Assembly: GCA_016198755.1 (NCBI GenBank)
Contig: JACQIB010000005.1
Location: 160,001-224,000 of the forward strand
Source of the DNA: Candidatus Aenigmatarchaeota archaeon
Lineage (GTDB): Archaea > Aenigmatarchaeota > Aenigmatarchaeia > Aenigmatarchaeales > JACQIB01
Length of the DNA stretch: 64,000 nt
Direction: 5' to 3'
Position numbers and translations under genes: made by a program. Of the stretch, positions 10,111 through 19,846 are shown piece after piece; the first letter of the stretch is position 1; each line of letters begins with the position of its first letter. The notes under the pieces were generated by a model. It searched no databases. It was not told where the DNA came from and saw only the letters and a list, made by a program, of their open reading frames with translations.

Positions 10111-10701
10111 TTATTTCCCCTCCTTTTTCTTTTCCTTCTTTTCAGCCTGTTTTTCCTCTTTCTTTTCTTCTTTTGCTTTTTCCTCCACCCATTTTAAGTT
10201 TCCAAGGAAAGGCTGGCGCATTGTTAAGCCTACTTTGCTCTGCTCTTTAAGGCTGATAGAAATTATTCTTGCCCTTACTTTATCGCCTACTTTCAAAATC
10301 CTCTTGCTGGCTCTTCCAACAAGTTGTGCGTTTTTTTCGTCAAAGCTTACGAAATCATCCATAACCTGAGATATATGTGTCAGGGCATCCACAGGACCAA
10401 TCCTTACAAAAGCCCCCCATTCTGTTATATCGACAATTTCCCCTTCAACAACTTCATGCTCGCGCGGCATCCATGTTAACATTGTAAATTTAGTTGGGTA
10501 GTGAACTGAAGGATCGCCGGGAAGGATTTTCCCTTCACCCACATCCTCAATTGAAACAACTGACAGGTATATTCCAAAATCGTTGTCTATTTTTCCCTGA
10601 AACTTCTCTGAAATACTGTCTTTTATGGCTTTTTCAGCCTCCATAGAAAACTTCAATGGAGCGACTGTTATTGTATCTTCTGCTTCAACTAATTGGTACA
10701 T
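10111..10701 (-). CDS. rpoE: RNA polymerase subunit Rpo7 (RpoE')
   Basis: GEGKILPGD, GAFVRIGPVDALTHISQV and LTMRQPFLG. Confidence 0.95.
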   Translation of the reverse strand: MYQLVEAEDTITVAPLKFSMEAEKAIKDSISEKFQGKIDNDFGIYLSVVSIEDVGEGKILPGDPSVHYPTKFTMLTWMPREHEVVEGEIVDITEWGAFVRIGPVDALTHISQVMDDFVSFDEKNAQLVGRASKRILKVGDKVRARIISISLKEQSKVGLTMRQPFLGNLKWVEEKAKEEKKEEKQAEKKEKKKEGK

Positions 10702-10705
10702 TTTA

Positions 10706-11230
10706 TCACTTCTTTTTCTTTGCAAGGGCAACAGAATCTAAAATTGCTTTTTTTGCTGCTGCTGCTCCTTCCCATCCTTTTACTTTAACCCATTTTCCTG
10801 GTTCTAACTGTTTCATTGTTTCGAAAAAATGTGATATTTCCTTCGGTATATGCGCTGGTAAGTCCTTCAGGTCTTTTATCTCATCAAATCTCGGGTCCTT
10901 TATAGGTACGGCAACAATCTTATCATCCATTCCTTTTTCATCTTCCATTCTCATTACAGCCACTGGCCTTGCAGGAACCAGAGTTCCGGAAGGAATTGAC
11001 AAAGTGCAGAGCACAACAACGTCCATTGGATCTCCGTCATCGCAAAGGGTTTGCGGAATAAAACCGTATGAACCTGGGTAATGTTCTGAAGTATACAAAA
11101 CCCTGTCAAGCATCATTACACCCAAATTTTTGTCAAATTCCAGCTTGTTCTGGGAACCTTTTTCATTCTCTACAAAAACATAAATCTCATCAGGAACCTT
11201 TTTGCCAACTGGTATTTTGTTTATATCCAT
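10706..11230 (-). CDS. ppa: Family I inorganic pyrophosphatase
   Basis: YGFIPQTLCDDGDPMDV signature. Confidence 0.96.
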   Translation of the reverse strand: MDINKIPVGKKVPDEIYVFVENEKGSQNKLEFDKNLGVMMLDRVLYTSEHYPGSYGFIPQTLCDDGDPMDVVVLCTLSIPSGTLVPARPVAVMRMEDEKGMDDKIVAVPIKDPRFDEIKDLKDLPAHIPKEISHFFETMKQLEPGKWVKVKGWEGAAAAKKAILDSVALAKKKK

Positions 11231-11587
11231 TCACTCCACCTCTATATACTTTTTCTGCCTTATCATTATAGTTTTGCCGCCTGCTTTCCTTATCCTCCCC
11301 CTCAATTCCCTGTCCTGAGTTGCTACCGCATAGCCTGAAAGGGAAAGAGAAAGCAAAGCAGTGTCAGCTGTACCTTTTGCATTTAGTGTTTTTAAGCCTT
11401 TGCTTTTTGCAATTTTCATGGATATTCGTGCTGTAGAGGCTGTTTTTCCAGCCCCCTTTGAAAGCATTGTAAGCTCGCTTACAACAGGAGTTGAAAGGAA
11501 AAGTTCGTGCCCTGCCAGCTCTGAGAACAAATCTATCTTATAGTTCACTGTTGCTATAAGGAAATTTGTATCCAGCAGTATTTTCAT
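11231..11587 (-). CDS. PIN-domain protein (Fcf1/Utp24-like)
   Basis: ILLDTNFL and VATQDRELR; start at MKILLD. Confidence 0.88.
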   Translation of the reverse strand: MKILLDTNFLIATVNYKIDLFSELAGHELFLSTPVVSELTMLSKGAGKTASTARISMKIAKSKGLKTLNAKGTADTALLSLSLSGYAVATQDRELRGRIRKAGGKTIMIRQKKYIEVE

Positions 11588-11644
11588 GCACCTCTTTCGC
11601 AAGGCAAGCTTTAAAACCTTGCTCTGCACAGTTTTCCCATGCGA

Positions 11645-11728
11645 ATGGTAGGTCAAAGGAAAGCTCAGATGAAGTATTCACGGCAGAAAAAGAAGATGAA
11701 AAAGCCGCACTGGAACAGGTATTTCTAG
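11645..11728 (+). CDS. Putative 27-aa basic peptide MVGQRKAQMKYSRQKKKMKKPHWNRYF
   Basis: ATG about 30 nt after a TTTAAA element; ends just before the tatD SD-like site. Confidence 0.45.
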   Translation: MVGQRKAQMKYSRQKKKMKKPHWNRYF

Positions 11729-11738
11729 CGGTGAGTTT

Positions 11739-12515
11739 CTGATAGATTCCCACTGCCATCTGGAGTGGACAGATTTTGATAAGGACTTGAACGAAGTTGT
11801 CAAAGAGCTGAAAAAAGAACTGAAAGCTGTTGTAACTGTAGCAACAGAACCAAAGTTTTTTGAGCGTGGGCTTGAGATTGCTGAGAAGTATAGGAGCTTT
11901 GCCTTCCTTTCTGCTGGCATCCATCCGGAGTTTGTAAAGGAGATTTCTCAGGAGCAAATAGAGAAAGCTTTTGAGTGGTTAAAAGAAAATGAGAAAAGTT
12001 TGGTGGGTATAGGGGAAAGTGGTTTAGATTATTTCTGGGTTAAAGAACCAGAATGGAGAGAAAAACAGAAAGGGCTTTTTGAGAAGTCAATTGCGCTTGC
12101 AAAAGAGCTGGACAAGGTTCTTGTTGTGCATACGCGGGAAGCACACGAACAGGTTATAGAAATACTTGAAAAGAACAGAGCTGAAAAGGTGCAGTTGCAT
12201 ATGTGGGGAGGGAACAGCTTTGTGAAAACTATATTAGATCATGGATGGTTTGTTTCTGTTGGACCTGTTGTTAAAACCTCTAAAAAACACCAGAAAGTTG
12301 TGCGCGATCTTCCTTTAGAGCTTTTGCTGTTGGAGACTGATTCCCCGTGGTTCGGATTGAAAGATTCTGAAGGAAAACCATTGAGAGGCCTGCCAACAAA
12401 CATAAAAATCCCAGCGGAGGAAATTGCGAAAATAAAGGACCTGGAATTTAAGGAAGTTTGGGAAGAATGTGGAAAGAATGCTGTTAAATTGTTTAAGCTG
12501 CCCATTAGGATTTAG
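11739..12515 (+). CDS. tatD: TatD-family deoxyribonuclease, probable non-AUG start
   Basis: IDSHCHL (upstream of the tracked ORF), GIHP, IGESGLDY, VHTR and LLETDSP. Confidence 0.9.
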   Translation: MIDSHCHLEWTDFDKDLNEVVKELKKELKAVVTVATEPKFFERGLEIAEKYRSFAFLSAGIHPEFVKEISQEQIEKAFEWLKENEKSLVGIGESGLDYFWVKEPEWREKQKGLFEKSIALAKELDKVLVVHTREAHEQVIEILEKNRAEKVQLHMWGGNSFVKTILDHGWFVSVGPVVKTSKKHQKVVRDLPLELLLLETDSPWFGLKDSEGKPLRGLPTNIKIPAEEIAKIKDLEFKEVWEECGKNAVKLFKLPIRI

Positions 12516-13318
12516 CTGGATTGACCTACTTTCTCTATATTAAGAACACTTCTAAACCCGCTCAAAATAGAGGCAAATTCATTAAGCATCTGCCCTCTAT
12601 CGCCCTTTACATCGTGCAATTCAGGATCTGGTAACAAATGTTCTGCTCTTGCAAAACTGGGATGTGGAGAGCTTAGAAGCAATAATCCCAGCGCCTCTCC
12701 ACATACAAAAGAGTCTGGATCTTCTCTGCCATTTGAAGGAGTTGTGTTTGCAGCCAAAACCTCATATATTTCAGGATAGGCATAGAGAGCATGGCCAAAA
12801 AAATCCTTCTGTTCTTTTAAATAACCGTTGTTTGGCAGCACGCTCAGTGCTTCAGAAGCTATGGTTCTGCTCATTTTTGCTTCGCCAATTGTTCTAAGTG
12901 CAGGGTAAATGCCATCTGGTATCTGGCCGCGTTCTATGATAATAGGTACTGCTTCTTCGTTCCCGGCAAGCCTTTTTAGCCCTGCAGCATCTCTTCTGGC
13001 CCAGTTCAAAACCCTGCAAATATACTTGGCATGGAGAGTTTTGCCATCATATTTTCCAGCTGTTTGGAATGCAACATGAACTGGAGTTTCTCCTCTGTTC
13101 AACTGCCTTGTATCTACTCCTATACTCCTAAAATAGTCGGCTACCTGCGGTATGCCGCGATAATCTCCTAAAACAGTTATTTTATCGAAAATATTGCCTA
13201 AAACCCCTCTTGCAGTTTCGAAAACTCTGGGTGTTGCATCCCCAAGAGCGCATGTGGTTGTTACGAGAGATGGCATACCTATAATACTGAGTGTCAAAGT
13301 GTATAAAGTTTCTGTCAT
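12512..13318 (-). CDS. Hypothetical protein
   Basis: 268-aa ORF with no recognised motif. Confidence 0.6.
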   Translation of the reverse strand: MTETLYTLTLSIIGMPSLVTTTCALGDATPRVFETARGVLGNIFDKITVLGDYRGIPQVADYFRSIGVDTRQLNRGETPVHVAFQTAGKYDGKTLHAKYICRVLNWARRDAAGLKRLAGNEEAVPIIIERGQIPDGIYPALRTIGEAKMSRTIASEALSVLPNNGYLKEQKDFFGHALYAYPEIYEVLAANTTPSNGREDPDSFVCGEALGLLLLSSPHPSFARAEHLLPDPELHDVKGDRGQMLNEFASILSGFRSVLNIEKVGQSS

Positions 13319-13330
13319 TGCATAAAGGCT

Positions 13331-13537
13331 TTAAAAGGTATCTCTCGGATGTTCTCCGCCATTCAAATAAGAAATTAATCTTACAACACGCCCTTCATAT
13401 CTTCTGTTTGTTATTTCCATCTCTATGTGGCAAACATCTCCAAGGGTGTCCCTAAATGTTTCAAAAGCTGAATAAATTGCTTTATCAGTGGGATTTTGTC
13501 TCATCCATAAAACTGAGGGGCTGTCTTCTGTGTCCAT
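13331..13537 (-). CDS. Small hypothetical protein
   Basis: ATG about 22 nt after a TTTTATA element. Confidence 0.45.
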   Translation of the reverse strand: MDTEDSPSVLWMRQNPTDKAIYSAFETFRDTLGDVCHIEMEITNRRYEGRVVRLISYLNGGEHPRDTF

Positions 13538-13595
13538 AAGCAGAATATACGCATAGGTATAAAAGCTATTGTTGGGAATAAGGGAGAGTGGTTTA

Positions 13596-14069
13596 ATGGT
13601 TTTTGGTATTAGAAAGAAGTTGTTTGGCCCTGTGCATAATGGAACACCTTCTATTGCTCTGTTTGTGGACGGACCCAACATGATTAGGAAAGAATTTAGC
13701 ATAGACCTTTCAGAACTGAGGAACAGAGTTGAAAAGTATGGAAGGATTGTAATTGCAAAGGTTTTTCTGAACCAGTTTGCTTCAGAGAAGCTTATAGAAG
13801 CTGTTTCTAATGAGGGGTTTGAGACCGTTATTGCTTTGGGGGATCCTGAGCAAAAGACCGATGTGGATGTTCCTGTTACAGTACATGCAATGGAAGCTAT
13901 TTACAACTCTGATATACAGATTATAGCTTTGGTTAGCAGGGATGCTGATTTCCTGTCTTTGGTTTTGAAAGCAAAGGAAAGGGGAAAGAAAGTAATTTTA
14001 GTTGCAGCGACTTCCGGTCTTGCTACCAGCCTGAAGAATGCTGCTGATTATGTGGAGATTATGCGCTAA
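13596..14069 (+). CDS. NYN-domain protein (TIGR00288-like)
   Basis: LFVDGPNMIRK, TDVDV and SRDADF. Confidence 0.9.
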   Translation: MVFGIRKKLFGPVHNGTPSIALFVDGPNMIRKEFSIDLSELRNRVEKYGRIVIAKVFLNQFASEKLIEAVSNEGFETVIALGDPEQKTDVDVPVTVHAMEAIYNSDIQIIALVSRDADFLSLVLKAKERGKKVILVAATSGLATSLKNAADYVEIMR

Positions 14070-14072
14070 CTA

Positions 14073-15269
14073 TTACTGCTTATATCTCAGCAAAGCTCCT
14101 ATTCCGCCTATTGCCAAAAGCTTTTGACCTTCTGAGGTTTCTGTTGAGATAATTTCCAGCTTTGTACCAAAACTCTTTGCAAGATCCTCGAAAAATTCTA
14201 TTCCTGGGCGGGAGCCAATCCTTTCTATTTCCTTCCCGCAGCTTGTGCATTTTCCTTTTGAGTCTGTTTTCAGCAGGGTTTTAAAGCTGTTGCCGCAGGA
14301 ACAGGCAAATTCTGCTTCATCCCATGAAAACCCTTCGGAAATCAGCACTGTATTTGCAGCCCCATCTTCTACTGCTTTTTTCACAGCTTCCAGCCCATAG
14401 GAAACCATGCCAGAGTCTTTTCCAAGTTCCTGAAAGAACTTTTGCAATAAAGCTTTTTCTTTTGCAATAGAAGCTTCTGCTAATGCTTCCTGTGATCTTT
14501 GTACAAGCTCTTCCAACCCACTCTCATCAGTATTTCCCAGATCCTGCATTGTAATTATTTTGTTCCTGAACTCTGTTTTAAAATAGTCTTCTTCATACAG
14601 AGTTTGCTTTGCAGGTCCTGGACCGCCCAGTAAAATGCCTTTGCAATCTGCTGGTATAAGGTCTCGCGCGCGTTCTGCCACAATTTTGTACCAGTCATTT
14701 ATCAGCCCCTGTCTAACCCTTTCAAACCTTGCTTGGGACTGCCCGCCTTTTCCAACCTTGGAGGGTACAATAGAATCAAACCTTTTCAGCACCCGAATGC
14801 TTTTTCCTTTCAAAACTCCTACTGTACACTCTTGATTGTCCATTACCAAAAGACCGTAAACTTCCTTCTCCTCAACCATATTTTCCATGGGCTCTAGCTT
14901 GAAAACCTGATCGCACCAATATAGTTTTACTTTTACAGGTTCAGGAGGTTCTATTGCCCAGATTTTAATATCTGTTACTCCTTCATGCTCTGAAACATTC
15001 CCGCAGAAAACAACCAATCCATTGGGGGGGTTTTGCTTGTAAAGTTTTAAGTGTTGAACAACTTTTGTTAAGGCTGAAATAACGTTTTTCCTAACCTCTT
15101 TGCTCTTTACATTTTGTGTCAGGGAAATCTCGTTGCTCAGCAAATTCATTGTATCATTTAGGGAAGAGCCTGCTGGAACATAAAGAGAAACAAGCTCTGT
15201 ATGCCTTCCCCTAAGGGTAGAGAGCTCTTTCAGCAGAACCCTGAGCTTGTATATTCCCTCATCTACCAT
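14073..15269 (-). CDS. prf1: Peptide chain release factor aRF1
   Basis: GRHTELVSLY, NVKS (NIKS-equivalent), YWCD and GGQSQARF. Confidence 0.97.
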   Translation of the reverse strand: MVDEGIYKLRVLLKELSTLRGRHTELVSLYVPAGSSLNDTMNLLSNEISLTQNVKSKEVRKNVISALTKVVQHLKLYKQNPPNGLVVFCGNVSEHEGVTDIKIWAIEPPEPVKVKLYWCDQVFKLEPMENMVEEKEVYGLLVMDNQECTVGVLKGKSIRVLKRFDSIVPSKVGKGGQSQARFERVRQGLINDWYKIVAERARDLIPADCKGILLGGPGPAKQTLYEEDYFKTEFRNKIITMQDLGNTDESGLEELVQRSQEALAEASIAKEKALLQKFFQELGKDSGMVSYGLEAVKKAVEDGAANTVLISEGFSWDEAEFACSCGNSFKTLLKTDSKGKCTSCGKEIERIGSRPGIEFFEDLAKSFGTKLEIISTETSEGQKLLAIGGIGALLRYKQ

Positions 15270-15355
15270 ATTCTAACACCTAGAAAAAAGAGTCAATCTG
15301 CAGCAGACAATTTTGTTTGCAGCATGGAGAGAGTTGTTAGAGCGAGTTTAAATAG

Positions 15356-15751
15356 TTATAAAACGCCCACAGATTCCAAATCCTCTTTTGTTCCTTCAAC
15401 ACAGTCGAATTTTACATAATCTCTTGGTAGTACCCATCTGTATTCTGTATGTTCCTTTGGCTCTATTTTTACCTTGTCTGAATTCACAAAAACAGAAAAT
15501 GGTATTATTATCCAGTTGCCCCAGCTGTCCTTACACTCGAAAATCTTTCCAGATTTTTCTATCTTTCCTTCCAGTCCGGTTTCCTCTTTTACCTCCCTTA
15601 ATACACAATCTTCTGCAGCTTCGCCAGCCTCTAAAGTACCGGAAACAACTTGCCACTTACCTGGTGAGGTTCTTCTGGAGAGTGTTCTTTTAAGCAGGAT
15701 TATTTTATCCTTAAATTTTACCACGCCTATCACTGCCACATATATTCCCAT
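15356..15751 (-). CDS. NUDIX hydrolase
   Basis: GTLEAGEAAEDCVLREVKEETGL Nudix box. Confidence 0.9.
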   Translation of the reverse strand: MGIYVAVIGVVKFKDKIILLKRTLSRRTSPGKWQVVSGTLEAGEAAEDCVLREVKEETGLEGKIEKSGKIFECKDSWGNWIIIPFSVFVNSDKVKIEPKEHTEYRWVLPRDYVKFDCVEGTKEDLESVGVL

Positions 15752-15781
15752 AATAAAAGATTGACAATGTAGTTTATACTC

Positions 15782-16048
15782 TTATGCCTCACATTCCAGA
15801 CCTGCAGCTGTTGGATTCTCTTCAATAATTGTTTGAGGTATTAATGTACGCGCAATCCTGCCGGAAACAGAAATATAGACTATAAGTGTTGGGTTTAGAC
15901 CATATTGCACAAGGGCTGCATTGCCATACTCGCCCGGGTCTCCGTCAGAATCGCAAAACCCGCCTGAGTAGCGGGCGCTGTGCAAAAGAGCTGCTGCACT
16001 TGGCATTCTTCTTGTTCCAAACCCTATCATTGGAGATTCATTGGACAT
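15782..16048 (-). CDS. Hypothetical protein
   Basis: 88-aa ORF filling the intergenic gap. Confidence 0.4.
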   Translation of the reverse strand: MSNESPMIGFGTRRMPSAAALLHSARYSGGFCDSDGDPGEYGNAALVQYGLNPTLIVYISVSGRIARTLIPQTIIEENPTAAGLECEA

Positions 16049-16131
16049 ACAGACTGTTGACAGTTTGAGAATAAAATCTGTCCTTAAAAATGTACGGCAC
16101 TGGGTGGAGGGGAACAGCTTTTAAAAGGTTT

Positions 16132-16836
16132 CTATAGCAAAAACAAAACTAAAAGGGAAAAAATAAGCATTGAACCTAAATCTGCAACAGATGTTGTTAT
16201 AGGTATTAGGAAATTATTTGGATCTTCCTGCGCTCTGTATATTTTCATACCAAGAAAAACTGAAATTCCGAAGATAAGCAGAACCAGTAGAAGGGTTGAG
16301 AAGAGGGTTATTGAAGCTATTTTGAGGAAAAGAGAAGCTGAGAATTCAAACCCCTTTAAAATTGCAAACCCATAAGAAAGGGAGGAGATGTAGATTGCGG
16401 AGAGTATTGCTATTACAAGAACTGTCAGGAAGAGCTCCTTAACATATGGGGAAGTCAGTGGATTGCCTTTGATTTTTCCAAGGTAGAGTGCTGTTGTGAA
16501 TTTAGAGGAAACTATTGTTCCAAAATCTCCAATCATGTCATTCAGGGCAGGGAGAAGTATTAGGAGTGGAAGTATTTGGAAGAGGTTTTGTTTTATACCC
16601 TGCAAACCTATTCCGCCTATTGTGCTGAAAAGTGCAGCCAAAACGAGCATTTTAAAGCTCTCCTTTATTATTACAGAACTCACATGGGAGTGGGGGCCAT
16701 ATTCTTTCATATAAAAAACTGTGCCGCGGGAAACATTGTGTTTTTCCCTAATTTTGTGCTGGAGGATGTGGTAGCGGTGTCTTTTGAGTTTTATAATCTG
16801 TTTTCTAAACTTCTGGGATATATGGTGGTGGCTCAT
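16132..16836 (-). CDS. MgtE/SLC41-like membrane-domain protein
   Basis: LLPALNDMIGDFG and DPNNFLIPITTSVADL. Confidence 0.85.
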   Translation of the reverse strand: MSHHHISQKFRKQIIKLKRHRYHILQHKIREKHNVSRGTVFYMKEYGPHSHVSSVIIKESFKMLVLAALFSTIGGIGLQGIKQNLFQILPLLILLPALNDMIGDFGTIVSSKFTTALYLGKIKGNPLTSPYVKELFLTVLVIAILSAIYISSLSYGFAILKGFEFSASLFLKIASITLFSTLLLVLLIFGISVFLGMKIYRAQEDPNNFLIPITTSVADLGSMLIFSLLVLFLL

Positions 16837-17369
16837 ATTATCACCATTGCAAACATAATAGATAGAACGGAAACTATGTCCCCAACTGTTGTGATATAGG
16901 GACCCATTACATTGTTGGGGTCATGACCGCGCTTAAAAAGCCAGAAAGTTGCCGAAAGGGTTAGGGGGATTTCTATTATAGTTGCCAATACACCCGCTAT
17001 AAGGGACATTAGAATAATGTTTGGATAATTTATCTGGAATACAAAAAATGATAGTAGAAATGCCATTACTCCCAAAATAAGGCTTAGTATAATACCCATA
17101 GCAACCGCTGCTGTTATGTTTCCGTAAAGTATTCTTTGTTTGGAAATGGTTGGTTTTAAGACTTTTAGGAAAAGAGCTGAACTTATCCTTGCTGAAAGAC
17201 TGCCTGAAATACTTCCGCGGATTTCCAGGAAACCTGGTAATAGCAGGAGAAGGCCGGGTATAACTTCCAGCTTATTTGTTATAAAAGCCAGAAGAAAACC
17301 TGCGAACAACCCGCCTGTCATGGAGACAATTTCTATACTTAGGATTTCCTTGAAGTCTTTGTTAAACAT
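16833..17369 (-). CDS. MgtE/SLC41-like membrane-domain protein
   Basis: PGFLEIRGSISGSL and DPNNVMGPYITTVGDI. Confidence 0.85.
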   Translation of the reverse strand: MFNKDFKEILSIEIVSMTGGLFAGFLLAFITNKLEVIPGLLLLLPGFLEIRGSISGSLSARISSALFLKVLKPTISKQRILYGNITAAVAMGIILSLILGVMAFLLSFFVFQINYPNIILMSLIAGVLATIIEIPLTLSATFWLFKRGHDPNNVMGPYITTVGDIVSVLSIMFAMVII

Positions 17370-17400
17370 AGGTAAAGGTTGGTTTAGCTGGTAAAAAAGG

Positions 17401-19794
17401 TTACTGCTGCACTTCTACGGAGATCTCTTTTCCGTCCATGAAAATAAGTGACTTTGCTTTCGTTGCTGATAGCAGCTCCTCTTTTACAGCTTCTATTGCT
17501 TTTCTTTCTGCTTCAGGGCAGGCTATTTTCAGTGCAAAAAGCTCTGCGTTCAGCGGCAGGCCTTTTGAGTGCTTCCATTGCCTGACTTCTGATAAAATTA
17601 TGAGAGCAAAATTTCCTCCAGCCTCATAAATCCAGCTATCTGCTCTCTTATCTTTCAAAATAGGCTCTGGCCAGCCTGATAAATTAATTGAAATTGATTT
17701 TTCCCTTTTCCTGAAAAGCAGCTGATAGAGCTCTTCACAGATATGGGGGGTTATTGGATTGAACAGCTTTAGGAAGGTTAGGTAAGTTGTGTATAAAGTC
17801 CAGGCTGCTGCTTTATCCCCAGCGTATATTCTGGCTTTTACAAGCTCTAAATAATTATCACAAAAATCATGCCAGAAAAGCTGTTCTGTTGCTGCTTTTG
17901 AGCTGCTGTATTCACAGTTTTCATATTCTTTTGTGCTCTGAGCTATAAGTATTGAAAGTTTTCTAAGTAGCCACTTGTCTATTGCTCTGAGCTCTGGTTT
18001 CTTTGCCGGAGGTTTTGCCAAAACAGGTTCTATCAAACGCGCAGCAGACCAGAGCTTGTTTAAAAGTTTTTGGCCTGTAGCAACATCCTTTTCCTGATAA
18101 GGCATGTCATCACCAAGTTTAGCAGAGGAAGCCCAGAAACGGAGAGAATCTGCACTGTATTTTTCCACAACCGCCAGCGGGAGCACAACATTCCCCTTGC
18201 TCTTGCTCATCTTATCCCCTCTTTGGTCTAGGCCATGACCGGAAATCATTATATGCTTGAATGGTATGTCTTTGCGGTGGAAGTATGATTTTACAATTGT
18301 ATAGAAAGCCCAGAAGTTTATTATATCATGGGCTTGGGGACGAAGGTCTATTGGAAGGATTTTTTTGTTTAAGTTGTTTTTATCAAGCCAGTGGGAGTTA
18401 ATCATTGGTGTTAGGCCTGAGGTTGCCCATGTATCCATAATATCCTGTTCTGGAATAAAGTCTGTGGAGCCGCATATGCATTTTCCGTGCGGTTTATCTT
18501 TCAAAGGGTTTACTGGCAAATCTTTTTCATCAGCAACCTTTGTTTCCCCGCAGCGCAAACAGTACCAGACTGGGAAGGGGATTCCATAGAAACGCTGGCG
18601 GGAGATACACCAGTCCCATTTTAGGCCAGAAACCCAGTTCCTGTACCGTACATACATGTGGGGGGGGTGCCAGATTATTTTCTCGCCCATTTTCAAAAAT
18701 TCTTCTTTCAGGTCTAAATAACGGATAAACCACTGGTCTGTTACTATAAGCTCTATTTCTGTTCCACAGCGCTCATGCATATTCACTATATGTTTTATTT
18801 TCTCCTGCTTTACTAGTTTTCCCTGTGCTTTCAAGTCTTCTATAATTTTCTGCCTTGCTTCCTCTATTCTCAAACCCGAATAGGGACCTGCTTTCTCATT
18901 GAGGGTTCCGTCCCTGTTCAAAATATATATTATTGGTAACTTGTGAGATCTAACCCACTCAACATCAGCATAATCACCGAAAGTGCATACATAAACTGCA
19001 CCTGTTCCCTTGGAAGGATCTGCTGTACTGTCTGCTAAAATTGGGACTGAACGGTTGAAAAAGGGAATATAGACTTCTTCACCAACAAACTCGTCATACC
19101 TTTTATCTGAAGGGTTTACAAAGATTGCAACGCAAGCTGGCATAAGCTCTGGCCTTGTTGTAGCTATTGTTATTTTCCTATTCATACCTAGGACATCCAG
19201 GTCTATGTAATTGAGAGTCCCCTCTTTCTCTTTATCCTCCATTTCCGCCTGTGCTATAGCAGTTTTACAGCGCACGCACCAGATTGTTGCATCATCTTTC
19301 ATGTAAGCCCTCTTCTGTTTATAGAGCTGGATAAAAGACCATTGAGAGAGTTTTTGAACAGCAGGATCTATTGTTGTGTAAAGCAGAGACCAGTCGCAGG
19401 AGATTCCGAGGGTTTTCCAGATTTTTGTATATTCCTGCTGCCTTTCCTTTGTCACCTCCATAACAGCCTGTATAAACTTTTCCCTGCCTACAAATTCTGC
19501 TTTAATGTTCTTTGTCTTCTCTGTAAGCAAATCTGTTGCTAAACCATTGTTATCAAAGCCCATTGGATAGAAAACATTAAACCCGCGCATTCTCCAGAAG
19601 CGTGCTATAAACTCTGCCTGAGAGTAGGAGAAAGCATGTCCCATGTGAAGCTGGCCTGAGATTGTTGGGGGAGGGGTGTCTATGCTGTAAACATTATTTT
19701 TGCTTTTTGAGTCAAAGCTGAAAACCTTGTTTTCCTCCCAAAATTTTTGTATTCTAGGCTCTGTTTCTTTTGGATCGTATCTGTCTGCCAGCAT
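17401..19794 (-). CDS. valS: Valyl-tRNA synthetase
   Basis: IDTPPPTISGQLHMGH, WCISRQR and KMSKS. Confidence 0.97.
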   Translation of the reverse strand: MLADRYDPKETEPRIQKFWEENKVFSFDSKSKNNVYSIDTPPPTISGQLHMGHAFSYSQAEFIARFWRMRGFNVFYPMGFDNNGLATDLLTEKTKNIKAEFVGREKFIQAVMEVTKERQQEYTKIWKTLGISCDWSLLYTTIDPAVQKLSQWSFIQLYKQKRAYMKDDATIWCVRCKTAIAQAEMEDKEKEGTLNYIDLDVLGMNRKITIATTRPELMPACVAIFVNPSDKRYDEFVGEEVYIPFFNRSVPILADSTADPSKGTGAVYVCTFGDYADVEWVRSHKLPIIYILNRDGTLNEKAGPYSGLRIEEARQKIIEDLKAQGKLVKQEKIKHIVNMHERCGTEIELIVTDQWFIRYLDLKEEFLKMGEKIIWHPPHMYVRYRNWVSGLKWDWCISRQRFYGIPFPVWYCLRCGETKVADEKDLPVNPLKDKPHGKCICGSTDFIPEQDIMDTWATSGLTPMINSHWLDKNNLNKKILPIDLRPQAHDIINFWAFYTIVKSYFHRKDIPFKHIMISGHGLDQRGDKMSKSKGNVVLPLAVVEKYSADSLRFWASSAKLGDDMPYQEKDVATGQKLLNKLWSAARLIEPVLAKPPAKKPELRAIDKWLLRKLSILIAQSTKEYENCEYSSSKAATEQLFWHDFCDNYLELVKARIYAGDKAAAWTLYTTYLTFLKLFNPITPHICEELYQLLFRKREKSISINLSGWPEPILKDKRADSWIYEAGGNFALIILSEVRQWKHSKGLPLNAELFALKIACPEAERKAIEAVKEELLSATKAKSLIFMDGKEISVEVQQ

Positions 19795-19846
19795 AGTTTC
19801 AGATTTTGCTTAACATACTTATAAAGTAAGATGAGCCATATTCTGC

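Noticed and set aside
15270-15325. prfB-like frameshift fusion of the uORF to aRF1
   Set aside because: The aRF1 frame has a TAG two codons before its ATG, so no fusion is possible; only read-through coupling remains plausible.
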